64,000 nucleotides of DNA from the human T2T-CHM13v2.0 reference genome, Homo sapiens. Where the stretch lies: assembly GCF_009914755.1 (NCBI RefSeq), contig NC_060931.1. One strand, written 5' to 3'. The position numbers and the translations under genes were made by a program. The notes under the pieces are model-generated. The model did not search any database and was not told where the DNA came from. It saw nothing but the letters and a program-made list of their open reading frames with translations. How positions within the stretch are numbered: the stretch's first letter is position 1; the number at the start of each line of letters is the position of its first letter. Shown here one piece after another: positions 28,326 to 43,415 of this stretch.

Positions 28326-31244
28326 AGGGAAGGTTTCTAGAAGGGCATGTTTCCAAACCAGAGAGCTGAGTGAATGCACAATGCACACTATTAAACTAGT
28401 CATTTCTACAAGGCCCTACCACTTTTGAAGGCCATCAAATAGAAGGAGTTCGTTCTGGAACACAAGTCCTAAAACTAGATCCCCACAGACAGAATTGGGG
28501 TGACTCTGTCCAGGGGTCTTTGGGACTCACTTCCCAGGTCAGCATTTTGGGACGCCAGTGCCCTCTTTCTGCCTTGACTGTTGCCACCTTGAGGAAAAGC
28601 TCAGTTCCTCGGATTTCTGCGTCCATCAGCACCCTCAGCTGCGCTCTGTGCACCCCTGTCATCGGGGTGCCCCATGGCCTTCCTCACCCATGCTTGGTCC
28701 TGTCTCCATGTCCTCAAGCCCCACCCATCCACCTGGAGATCACAGGCAGTCCTAGCCACCATCCCCCGGGATGTTTACTACCTTCTGTCTCCCGCTGCTG
28801 CTGAGGAACACTCTCTGTGACAGGACATCTCAGTTATAGCATTTTTTTCATTGCATTTATTTGTTTGTCTCCCCAAACGGAATGTGAATTCCCTGGAGAG
28901 GGATCTGTTCATCTTTGTTTCCCCACAAGAGCCATTCAGTTGAGATGTTTAATAACTGACCATCAGCTGAAGAGCTGCTTCAAAGCTGGTGCCCCCTGTG
29001 CCTCCTGTGCCCTCTGTACACAAAACGTTAGCCCCCACTGCCCAGCAGGGCCCAGGGATGCCAACCCTTTGGGGACTGTGCCGGCCCAATGGCAAAGGAG
29101 TTGCCTTCTTCCCAAAAGGTCCGTCCTGCCCCACCCTTCCAGAATTCACTCTCAGGCTTGGAACTGAAAAGAAGCCCCATGCTGTGATGGAAAAACAGGG
29201 TAGCTGTTCCACCAATTCATACTCTTTATTACATACCATGTTACACCCAACACCAGGACACAGTTTGACCTGCAGCTGAGGGCATTTCCCCTAGCCCACT
29301 TTCCTTCCCAGGGCCCCCAGTCCCCTGACGTTGCCTGAGAAGTTCCTGCTCAGGGCAACCGACCAGCAACAGTGTCCCCTTAGCTCCCTGAATGCCCCAA
29401 AGAGACAACTCCTGGACTCAGCAGTGGGCTGTCTTGTTTCCAAAGCCCACCCTCTGAGAACGGAAGCTCTGCCTTGGTTCTATGAAAACACAGTCAGTCC
29501 TGGCATTTTGAAAATGAAATTTCCCTGGAGGATACTTCACATCAACACGCAACTGTGCAACTTTCTGCCACACTTTCACCCCTGACACCTTGGGAGTGGT
29601 GCTGCTGGTGCCTCTAGCACCTGCTTCCCTGTCCTGCCACCTGGATAAGAAACAAAGTGCAGTAGCCACATGCCTTATAGGGGCTGGTGTGGGGGTGGGA
29701 GTCCTCAGGATCGGCTTGGCTTAAACTAGGATTCAGAGTCTGGCCATGTCTAGAGAACTTCTGAATCAAAGGGGTTTGGTGTTCATTGGCATGAGGAGTG
29801 CGACCTGGAAGAAGGAAGGTTCATGCTTCAGGGCCCTGAGCAGAGGCACCAATGCCCCAGGAGAGACGACAGAGTGGCTCCAGCACAGTGAGTCCGGAAG
29901 GGGGCCTGGGATCTTCTGGCACCACTGGAAGCTCTGACAATTGGTGTTCAAGGCAGCCACGGGGAAAGAGGGCATGAAAGTCCCCAGGAAACAGCATTCT
30001 CAAGTGGCTTTGCAGGAAACAGACACTAACAAGGAAACCTAAGTAAAGAACCTGTGAGAACTGTCCTGAGCCCATGTGAAACACAACCATAAATAAAATC
30101 AGGGCAGAGGGCAGAGGCACTTCTGTCATGCAGCCGGACACAGTGAGGCAGCCAAGTCTGATGGTTCATGTCAAGGTGGCAACCTTCCTACACCAGGAAG
30201 AAGAGGCCTGAGGAATTTCAGGCTACAAAAGCAACTTGCAGACGTCAAGGGTACTGAAAACTGAATCGACAGTCTTTCATCCCTGAGGATGACAGCTCCC
30301 AAAATGTAGAACATAGTCTGCCTCAGGCTCTCCTGTCCCACCAAGTTCACTCCTGCCCTTCCCAGAAATGAGTTATGCAGGGACCAGTGAAATGCCAGCC
30401 CTTGCCCTTGTTTCTGCTGCTCTTAGAAATGACAGCTTGTCTTGACTACAGACACCTCTCCGGATGCACCCAGAGCCTCTGTCTATTATGCAAAGGGAAT
30501 ATAACTCTTGATAAGAGGAAATAAATCTGATCACCCAAAGCAGAAGCCAAAACCAGAAGGGTGATGGTGGTTTTCCAGCAGTGAAGAAATCCACGGCTTG
30601 ATTTTTTTTTTTTGAATATACATTCCAGATGTTTAAGAGAAATCTACAAGCCACATTTCTAGATTCCAAACTGGCCTCTCTGTTCATCTCCTCTCTGCCC
30701 TAAGCAACTCTCCTCTCTGTAGTTGAGTTAATTTCCCCCAAAGCCCACTTTGTTTATTTATTTGCTGAAGAGGTTCTCCAGTCATCACACATTTGCTTTC
30801 AGAACTGGGTGGACTGAACCAGTATTTCCAGGACTATCCCCTGCTAAGCTTCAGGCTCATCTGTTCTCCAAAAAGCATTTTTCCATCTTTGTTCTTGTTG
30901 CCTGTCACTCACCCCATACCCATAGTCATCTGTGGATATCTTGCCATCTTTCAAAATCAAACTCAACACCACCTCTTCCAGGAAGACCTTCCTGATTCTT
31001 CCAGTAGGAATTGATCTCTCTCTCTCTCTCTCCCGAACTGCTACAGGCCCTTGTTGTCTCTGCTCCTTTCGCTTGATTCCTCTCACATTGCTTTGTGTTA
31101 TGTTTGCTTTCCAAACAGGCTGTGCTCCCGAGGAGTGAGCTGTATTTTGGATTTTCTGTACTACAAATTTTCTGGTATCTCACAGTACTTAGCATTACAC
31201 CTCACATGTAATATAGACTTGCAGCCTTTAGACTGCAAGGGGCC

Positions 31245-31958
<714 letters not shown>

Positions 31959-32794
31959 GGCTGTCCACTGAGCCGGCCTTTTAATTTTCTACAGTGGTTA
32001 AGTACCAGGTCCAAAGCGACACAGAGCAGAGCAGGGATCAAAACCCAGTCAGTCTCCTAACCCCCAGCCCACAGCTCAAGCAAATAGAACAAGCTTGCCA
32101 AATAACACAGAATGAAAGAAAAGGCCCAAAGCAATAAGTATATTTTTCTTAGACATGTCCATATCTTAAACTCTTTTTATCCTAGCTTTGAAAAAACAAA
32201 CCGAAGGTCCAAGGGGACTTCCAGCAAGGTCTGAAATTGAGAATTTGGCTTAAAAGACTGCAAGGGATGAAGAAAAGACCGGGAGAAGGCTAAATATTTG
32301 GTTAAGACAATATCATATTACAGAGTTATGAATTATGCAAATGAAACCACGGGATTCACAACCTCATGAGATTTCTTGTACCTACACAAAAAACTGTGTG
32401 AACAAGCATTTCGGAGCTTTGCTTTAAAATCTTCTGTTACTACCACCCAGTTACACTAGCTATAGGGTTTTACATCTCATGAAGGGCTTCCACATATATC
32501 ATCTCATGGAATACATGCAACAGCCAGCACAGGTATCACCATCTCCCTGAAGCAGAGTACACTCCTGAGCCTTAGCTCGCTAAGTGACCAAGCGAAGTCA
32601 CAGAGTTGTTGGAACTGTGACTGGAATACCCTGTGTGTCTATGTGTGTGCAAGAGAGCAAGGGAGAGACATAAACAGAGAGAGAGAGTTGGGGTGGGATT
32701 GATCCCACTTCACTATATTTTCCCAAGACGGCATTCAAAGAAGTCCCACAAATGTTCCCCATCAGCAGGCAGCTGAAAGAAAATAAACCACCGA

Positions 32795-33465
<671 letters not shown>

Positions 33466-34261
33466 CTAAATTAGACAGTTAGATAAAAGATCAGGCCAAG
33501 TCACTTCCAAAAATGTCTGAGCTCTGGATCAGGTACTCAGGAGGAATATGTATTTTTTCATGATGTTTCTTCCCCAAACTCTTCATAGGGGAAGGGAGCA
33601 GAGACAAGACTGCAACTGGTCTGAATGCAACAAGAATTTAAGCCAGTGCTGTCCTTAAAAAAACTCAGCTTTAGTCATTGGCACCAATGTGGGCAACATG
33701 GCTTTGCAGGAAACCAGATCCAAGTATGCAGAAGATCAAAAGCTTTACTCCACTGAGACGAGCAAAAGGCACATTTCTCAGACATTCTTCTCTATGGAAT
33801 TTAAGATCTTGTGACATCCTGCCTAATTTAGACCCTAAACACCATTAATTTCAGGCCAGTGACAGCCCCAGATCAATAAATACTCATATCATAGTAAATC
33901 AGAAAACAATGTTAATAGCACCAAAAATTGCTTTATATGGCAGCAACTGTATTTATTCACCATATGTATTACTAATAAAATACAGAGAAGGTAAGGGCTT
34001 AATATGTCATTCTGTGAGTTTTTATATTTAACACAGACTATTTTTAATCAAATTCAAAAGATTTCCTCAATGATCCCCTGGCTCTAGAGCAACTAAGAAC
34101 ATTCATCAAGAGAAAGACATTAGGGCAGGTTTTTAACAAATGAGAAATAAAGTCATTCTCTAGAAAAGATGAGGGTTTAAGACATAATTATTAGGTCTTG
34201 AAAGCCTTGAAATTAAAGCCAGTACTAATACCGGCTTTCAAGTCCCATATTGTTTAGTGGG

Positions 34262-34789
34262 TATATTAGTCAGGGTTCGTTAAAGGGACAGAACTAATAG
34301 GATAGATGTATATATAAAGGGGAGTTTATTAGAATTGACTCACACAATCACAAGGTGAAGTCACACAACATGCTGTCTGCAAGCTGAGGACCCAGGAAGG
34401 CAGTCTGAGTCCAAAAACCTCAAAAGTAGGGAAGCTGACAGTGCAGCCTTCAGTCTGTGGCCGAAGGCCCGAGAGCCCCTGGAAAGTCACTGGTGTAGGT
34501 CCAAGAGTTCAAAAGCTGAAGAACTTAGAGTCTAATGTTCGAAGGCAGGAAGCATCCAGCACAGGAGAAAGATGGAGGCTGGAAGATTCAGCAAGTCTTC
34601 TCTTTCCATGCCTGATTTTATGCTGGCAGCTGATTAGATGTTGCCCACCCGATTGAGGGTAGGTCTGCCTCTCGCAGTCCACTGACTCAAAGGTTAATCT
34701 CCTTTGGCAATACCCTCACAGACACACCCAGGGACAATAATTTGCATCCTTCCATCCAAACAAGTTGACACTCAGTATTAACCATCATA
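34262..34789 (-). mobile_element. MLT2A/B (ERVL) solo LTR
   Basis: tatattagtcagggttc...gggacagaactaataggatag...caagttgacactcagtattaaccatca; 5-bp TSD gtggg / gtgga. Confidence 0.9.
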
Positions 34790-35367
34790 GTGGATAAAGT
34801 ACAATACTTGCTTTCAAGTCCCATATTGCATAATTGTTGTATTTTGTATTAATTCATGTTGGCACATATTATGGAAATTTCAAGGACTCTCTACCAATGA
34901 GTTTCTCCTTATCAGCAGATGTCCATAAGGAAGATGGCAGGAAAACTCATTCATCAGAAGAAATGTAGCTCATGACTATGATCGCTTTCCCAGCTCCAGC
35001 ACTGAAGTCCCAACTTCACAATTTTTTGCCTTTCCAATATACAACATTACCTACCTGGCATCTTACTTTATGTTCATACTAAACAATGAAATTGGTGAAA
35101 TGGGAAGTTCAATATCTAAGTTACAGTTCTTCCCAAACACATTAAACTATATAATACCTATTTAAAATGTTTATTCCAGCACCCCTTAAAATTATGCATT
35201 ATGCACTCACACAACAAGTTGATCTGTAACTTTCAAAGTGTGTTGACTGTAATTTGGGTTTCAGCATTCATCACTTATCAAATACTCAGTTAATATCCGC
35301 CCTATAGATATAAAATAAATACTCCACAGTCCTTGCCACAATAGTCACCATATAGTGACTATTATAG

Positions 35368-35454
35368 AGACAAACATTATATTATAATATAAAGACAAAC
35401 ATTATATTATAATATAAAGACAAACATTATATTATATTATACAGACAAACATTA
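35368..35454. repeat. 25-bp AT-rich minisatellite (~3.5 copies)
   Basis: agacaaacattatattataatataa units start at 35368, 35393, 35418 and 35443. Confidence 0.9.
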
Positions 35455-35544
35455 AAATGAGTAATTACAGTAATGCAGCTAGTGGTTCAATAGAGATATG
35501 TATAGTCAATAAATGTCAATAAATATCTATTGACATTTATTCTA

Positions 35545-37182
35545 TTAAATTTAAAACTGAGAATTTTAAGTATTTATTGTTCATTGAAATAACAATAAGA
35601 AATCCATTGTATGCTAACATAAATAACATTGTTATGAAAATGACTATATTTCAAAAAAAAAAGCAAGAAAGTTACTAAGTGAAATAAACCAGTCACAAAA
35701 AGACAAATACTATATGATTTCACTTATATGAAGTACCCAGAGTTGTTAAATTCAGATGTAAATTCAAGTAGAATGATGGTTGCCAAGGGCTGAGGGGCAG
35801 AGGGCGTAATCGGGAGTTATTGGTTAGCGGGTGTGAAATTTTAGTTTTGCAAGATGAAAAAAGTTCTAGGGATTAGTTGCCCAACAATGTTAATGTACTT
35901 AACACTACTGAACTGTACACTCAAAAATGATTAAGATGGTAAATTTTATGTTCATGTGTATTTTACCACAAATTTTTTTTAATTTTAAAAATTTAGTAAC
36001 AAGAATGGCATAGTTTTACAGTTTTATGCATCTTATAAATGTCTAGTTTAATAGAACACAGCTGGATTCTTATATCTGCTCCTACATTCAATCTGTTACA
36101 ATATATTGTTTTGATGGAAGTTTATGAAGATTATCCAGCATCACACATATTTTTTTCTAACTGCGATTAGGTACTTAGAAAAGGAAGAGCATTTTGATAG
36201 CTTTATCTGATCATTGCAGATATTCTTTGGTATCACACCAAAACTTAACAAGTGGTAGCTTCTTAAAGGTTAGTTATAATGTGGAATCTGAAACTATACA
36301 AATTAACTGTTGCTATATTCTGTAACATTACCATCCACTGTTTACTTCCTACATTGAATGAATCTTTTACCTATGCATGATTTTGTAACATCAAGCATTG
36401 GTCATTGGGGAAATATTGGTTGACTCTGTTAGTTATGCAGTTTTCCAGATGTTGCCATATCTTACTTTATATCACAAAATTGCATGTGTTAATTTCACTT
36501 CTGGGCTCAGAAAAGTCTTTAAGTATCCTGAAGCTATCAAGCTCATGGTGGTGAATACAAAATCTCCAAGATTCTAATTTTCTCTTGAAAGCTCAAATTT
36601 TATTATTAGCCATAAATACTATCAGTGAGTTTCTTGACACAATAAGCACATTTTGTTTATTTTTGCAAAAATGCACCACTAAAAAGATCTGCCATGTCTA
36701 AGTATCTATCGTTTGTCTTATTCTTTCAAGTAAAAATGGGGCCCCATGAAAGAAAGGACTAGACAGCTCCCAGTTCAAACGATCAAACAGTGATAGCATT
36801 GTACTTCAGTGTGCAGAAGAAGGGCCTTGTGCTCATGTCTCATTTTGTCACACAGAATATGTTTTAAAATTTTTTCATAAGGGCCAAGGTTTAGAAAAAT
36901 TAATAATTTCTTACTCCTTCATCAAGGACGTTGTTAAAAGAAATTGTCTTTTTTATCTCCCCAGAAATACATGGCAGTGAAGAACACAAGGACCACTAGC
37001 ACAACTTGATTTTAACACTTTGATTCGTGCTAAGAAGCAGCAGTTTTCCTGCCATTGCTTCTGCACCATTAGCGCAAATGTCAGCACAGAAAGGCAAGTA
37101 ACCTCTTAGTGTTAATATGAAAATACTTTGATGTCATGGGTTCCCAGAAAACAGTCCATGAACCACAGTTGGAGAGCCTCTG
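35545..37182. mobile_element. Charlie1-like hAT DNA transposon remnant
   Basis: aatagaacacagctggattcttatatctgc...cattcaatctgtt, tcacaccaaaacttaacaagtggtag; degenerate TIR ttggagagcctctg followed by a tctaga-type hAT target. Confidence 0.7.
35665..35990 (+). mobile_element. L1MA/L1MB 3' end nested in the Charlie element
   Basis: ctaagtgaaataaaccagtcacaaaaagacaaatact...ggttgccaagggctg...actactgaactgtacact...ttttaccaca. Confidence 0.85.
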
Positions 37183-37199
37183 ATCTAGAAGGTTCTTGA

Positions 37200-37445
37200 C
37201 TCTGGAAACAAATTTCCTAGGACTGTGTCCTGGCTTTTTCATTAGCCATATGGTGTTAGGCAAATTACTAAACTTTAGTGAGCCTCAGTTTCCTCATCCG
37301 TTAATAGAGATAATAATAGTACCTACCCCAAAAGAGTGCTGGAGGAAAAAATAAGCCAAACTATATAATGTGCTTACCTCAGTGCCTGGCTGATTGTATG
37401 TAACAAATGTTAGCTCCCAATGCCAGCTATTGTTATTAATGTTAT
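37200..37445 (+). mobile_element. MIR fragment
   Basis: ggcaaattact...gagcctcagtttcctcatcc...gataataatagtacctacc. Confidence 0.8.
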
Positions 37446-37475
37446 TACCTTCTGCTTCTTTGCAAAATGCTGTAG

Positions 37476-37754
37476 ATATTAAATGTCCTATAAATGTTGC
37501 TTAAAAAGCAATGATCTTCTCATTTCTCAGATGATGTTTTTATTTTGCCAAAACAAGATCTCATTTGACAACAAATCCCTAAAAATCCTGTCAATAAATT
37601 AAATATTGACATATTAAATGTCCCATACATATTAAATGTCCTATAAATGCTGCTTAAAAAGCAATGATCTTCTCATTTCTCAGATGATAAGTTTTTATTT
37701 TGCCAAAACAAGATCTCATTTGACAAGAAATCCCTAAAAATCCTGTCAATAAAT
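37476..37754. repeat. ~125-bp tandem duplication with a 29-bp junction insert
   Basis: 37476-37599 versus 37629-37754 differ by 2 substitutions and one 2-bp indel. Confidence 0.95.
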
Positions 37755-38810
37755 GTTGGTGGACTGAATAAAGAGTCCCATATAGGAAGAGGTCATTGCA
37801 GATGTATGTTTATATTTAGGCATTATACCGGAAATGTTTTAGCTCCTCAGTGTAAAGAAAGACTATCATGATGTTTCTAAGGGCCAAATGGAGTGTTTTA
37901 ACGTTTGAATGTAATGATTTGGAAATACCTAGATCTAAGACAACCCTAGCATGGAATCTTCAGTGTTAAAGAAAAAATTAAAACAGGTAGCATATCAGAA
38001 ATGCAACAATAAAACAAAAATCATCCATCCAAGCCAGTTACTGGGTTTCTATCTCTAAGAGAGATTTGTGGCTTTTAAATGTTGTTTCTTTTTCAAGAGG
38101 ATGATGTTTTTCTCTCTCTCCCACGAAAAATTTAATAGAGAAGAGGGAATCCCCAGTCCTCATCTTATTTCTTTATTTGGGCAAAAGTCGTGGCCTTCAC
38201 AACCAATGACAGCGGAAACCTTTATGAAAACAGCACAGCCTTTTCAATCTCAAAACATTTACAGGACTATTAGATTTCAAGGAATGAAATAGCTGAAAAG
38301 TGACTACATTTGCCGTATTTCAAGCTGAGTGTGTAAATAACTAAGGTCAAACTCAGAAAACAAGGCTGATAATTCCATGGTGACCAGCCAGACTCCGGTT
38401 CCCATCATTTATTCATATGTTGATAGACTTCCCCAGGAAGCCTGGGAAAATAACAGAAGTTACTCAACTTCCCCCAAGAGAAAAGGGCTTCATTTTTCCT
38501 TGGCAGATTCATTTCTAATCACATAGCAGGGAACCATTATTAACATCTGGATATTCAAAAAGAGCCACTGAATTATTATAAAAATGTTTCAAATCATCAG
38601 CCTAAAACTCAAATGATCTACAATGTGTATGATCTTTTTCCCTCTTTAGTCAAGAAGATAAATGGAGAAATTCTTTATATTTCAACTTTCATTACACATT
38701 TGTTTTTAATCTAGGAAAATTCATGTCTGCCTACTACACCTCCGTATCAAAGACTGATATGTCAGCATTGGTTTCTGCTCCTCCCACCATGAGCTTCTTT
38801 TGAGAACAGG

Positions 38811-39108
<298 letters not shown>

Positions 39109-39521
39109 AAGAACACGTTTTTTTAGGAGTGAGATTACTGCAAAAATTAGTTGGTTCAAAACAGCCACAGTCTACTACTATTACAGATTAATACTGAGTT
39201 ATATTCTCTTTAACACAGTTACATGCTGTTAGGTTGAACAAGAATGAGGCAGATCAAATATCATGTTTAACCAGCCCCTTCCTCCTTTACACAGTTTTTA
39301 AAAATTTAATTGTCATGACTTGTTACAAACACACTCAGATATTTTGATGCCCTTTACCAAACCTCATCCAAGTCCTCAACATTAGAACCTGACAGCACTT
39401 GATAAATATGTAACACTTCTCATTAAAACGTCTAGTAGCTTCTCATTGCTCTTAGGATATTATACAAATTCCTGCCATGGCCCACAGGGCTCTGCTTGCA
39501 ACCCCATCAAGAATAGGTCAG

Positions 39522-39839
<318 letters not shown>

Positions 39840-40867
39840 AAGAATAGGTCAGGCCCAGGTGAAAAATGATGGACCATCCCCTCCAACCCCAAACCCACCC
39901 CAGCAAGGATGGACAGGCTAAAATCTTTGCAAGCAATATTTACTTAGGCAAAGCCCATTTCAAACTTCTTGCCCTACTAATGGGCACCAACTTCCCACCA
40001 CTGCACTCCACCTTCTGCAGGACCAGGCCCTCCTCACCCACCTAATCACCTGCTCCAGCCTCCTCTCCCGCCACACTGCCCATCTCTAGCCACCCTGAAC
40101 CAAGACTCTGCCCAAGGTGCTTCCTGTGACTGTTTTTTCTGGCCAAATGCTACTTAACCTTAAGTCTCAGCATAAGAGTCACTTTCTTGAGGACATCTTG
40201 CCCAGCTCTACCTCATACACACTCAAGACTCCACAGGCATCCTTTGTCACACTCACCATAACAATAAATAGCTAACAAGCTATTGAAGTAGCCTGCTGTT
40301 CAATGTCCATCTCCCTACTTAGTCAAAAATGCAAAGATTAGGTCTGTTTGACTAGTGTAACCTCCCCAAAGCCCAGAATATAACTATATATAGGCGCTCA
40401 AAAAACATTCCTTCACTATGCGAGAGAGTTTTTAACAAGGTGAAACCCCTCCTGACTAAACTTCACATTCAGATGAAATTCAGTACAGATCAAAGAGTAT
40501 TTCAGAGGGGAGAAATCTTTACAGTCTATTGGCTGTAAGGTACAGAAACTGAAGAGGCCAAGGGGTTTTGGTTGGTTGCAGACTTAAGAGGGCCAGGGCT
40601 CCCCAACATTTGTGTGACCCCCACACAACAGTGGGGGTCCCAAAACCACTGGTCTAAATATTTATAATCTTCAGATCGAGCTAACAAACAGTTAGATAAA
40701 ATATGTCCTCTAGTCTTATCTTGAAAATATGCCTTCAAATAAATTAGAGGTCCAGATAATTAAACATAGTGAAATATAGAGACTTTAATCAAGTTGGGTT
40801 TTCAGCACGAAAATTATCCACATTTTAAAACTCTTGAGTAGGGGATAATCATTCTCTTCATCACGTG

Positions 40868-40912
<45 letters not shown>

Positions 40913-40920
40913 AGAGAGAG
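40868..40920. repeat. (CA)n(GA)n compound microsatellite
   Basis: Read directly from sequence. Confidence 0.95.
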
Positions 40921-42744
40921 TATGTAGTTATCCATTAAGAAAGAATGGTTGCCACTGTTTTGAAAAAAAAAACAAAACTAAGATTCATAGGATGCTCAGA
41001 ATCCAGTTCTACTGAATTGCAAAACCAACATGTGTATGCATGGGAATTCTTGCCCATAAAGAAAGTGCTGCTCTCACTTAATCATCTCTCTTCTTCCATA
41101 TCTACCCCAAGAAAAAGTCATGCTATGTTCCTCCTTTGTAGGAGGAAGTTTGTCAACTACATTCCAACTTTGATGGAAGTTGTCAACTTCCATCCTACAT
41201 TTTCCAATATTCATCTTTGGTGCCTCCCAAAGAGTGGTATTATGAGAGAGTCTTTAGGTCTCAACCAACTAGCAGCAGTGTCCTGTCTTGTAATTACCAA
41301 GAGCATTTTGCACATTATCATGGGGTGAGGATCTCAAAAAGTGAAGAAAGACATTCACGATGTAGCACGAGTATACCTCGCACTACCACATGGATGTGAT
41401 CTGACGCACTGTGTTCCTTCCCACTGACTCCCGCTTTCCTTCCCTTCGTCTTCCGTGCCTTTGCAGATTGTTCATCTGCATTTCTGACAGTGACTTTAAC
41501 AAGGGTCTTTAATTTCATCCCTTCTCATTCTCTTTGTTAGGTAATTACCATAAACTGCATTCAAATACTCTATGAGAAACTTTAATATATGATTTATAAT
41601 TAAATATAAAAAGAATATTAAATATAAAAGGACCCATGAATCCCTTTGAAGAGTGAAACAATCTATTGTGATGTGAACTAAATTACTAAACTATACTTGT
41701 TCTGTACAATTCTGTTTTTCCTGTGTTGTGATACAACCATACCCTGGAGAAGGCTTTGCTCGGGCTTCTGTTTGCTTACTTGCTACTGCACTTACTACTT
41801 TTTTGTAAAGACAAAAATATCTCAAAACGCTAACTTGGAAGAACCTGACATTCCAATTGTTTCACTGACAATATTGGTTGAGACATAAGGAATTACTTTG
41901 AGTGTCAATGTACCTGTGTTGATGAGAACTCCTAAATGTTTCTGAAGTGGCTTCCCAGGCTGAAACTTGCCGCATAACCAGTAGTAGAGGGAAGAAGGAT
42001 AAAATTCCAAGGTGAAATGTATTAAACACAGACTTATTTTTCAGCTTCTCCTTTCGCTCCGCCTCCAGGAGAACTAATGCCTAATGATTCCAGGAAGTGA
42101 AAAGTAATTAAATTTCACCTGGTGTAAAGTTGAAGAAATTGTCCCATGTGAAAAGAATGTTTCTTTGCCACATTCCATAGATGGCAATAAACAGGCAAAT
42201 TTCACTGGTTTTGATATAGCAGTATGAGCTTTCACAGGGCTCAGGTTGATTTCATTTTAAAAAGTTGAATTTATGGGACAGAGGATTGAAAGGTTTGTAC
42301 TGACATGTTTAAAACCCTCTTTTAAAAAGTGGCATATTGCATCGTTCCATTTAAGTGTTCACACCGCAGACTGAAACATAATCTGTTTACTGAAAAAACA
42401 ACATTTTATTGCCCTGTGAATAATTTCCCATTGAAAAAGAAAACAACGTACAGTATTTTAGTGCTTTGTGAAACATCTGGAAATTTTTCTTCAGTTGTGA
42501 AAGCTATGAAGAATTTGCATCCACAAATTACAAATTTTTAAAAAATGTAACACAGGAAAACTTCAAACATACTATTGAACCTACCTAACTTTGCTCCAAA
42601 AAAGCAAGTTTCCAAAGGCCCACTGAAGACACTCAGAGAAACAAGGCAACCAACTCACCTGAAGGCAAGTCTGGTTTCACAGAGAGTCCATTAGAGATGT
42701 TTTGCTTTTTTGTCCTCATTTTCTGAACACAACATAAAGTGGAT

Positions 42745-43060
42745 TGTATCAGCTGTTAGGGTTATGCCAGGTGTTCAACAAATAAACCCCAAGTTCCAGT
42801 GGCTTAGCATAGTGGGAGCTTTTTTTCTTGCTCACTTAACAGTCCAACGTGGTGTGCCAGATAAGGCAGGCATGGAGGTACTGACAGTGCCACCTCTGCC
42901 TCTGCCATCTTCAACAGGGGGCTTTCCAGCAAGGAGAAAGAGTCTGCGGCCTAGAAGTTGCCCATTAGGACAGGGACATTCCATTGGCTAAAACTGGACC
43001 ATGTGACTAAGTGAGCTGCAAGGGAGGTGGAAACTGTAGACTAGTTGTCCCAGGAGGGAC
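42745..43060 (-). mobile_element. Old MLT1 (J/K/L-like) LTR
   Basis: tgtatcag...cagtggcttag...cattccattggctaaaact...gctgcaagggaggtggaaactgtag. Confidence 0.6.
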
Positions 43061-43415
43061 CCAACCAGCACTTTACAAGATTAAACTCTTTCTCCACATT
43101 CCAACATGGACAGTGCTTAGTACTGGCTTATCCAACCCTGACTGTGGGCTCTCTGTCAAGCACTCTGCTATGGGTACTGGGGTGTTTCTAAGGTAACACG
43201 TGGAGGAAAGCCACTTGACTTTAGACACTGTTTTGTGATATCAGCTCCTAAGCCTGCAGCGGTATCTGTGAAAGCTGTAAAATGGAACTAATTATTGAGA
43301 TAGCAAGTTAACTAATTGAAGCTCTGCGAAGAGTTCAAGCTTTGGAGTTAAAAATCCTTTTGGCATTTTATTCTATTTTACTTTTTTCCCCTGAGACTTT
43401 TATTTTCCCACAAGG

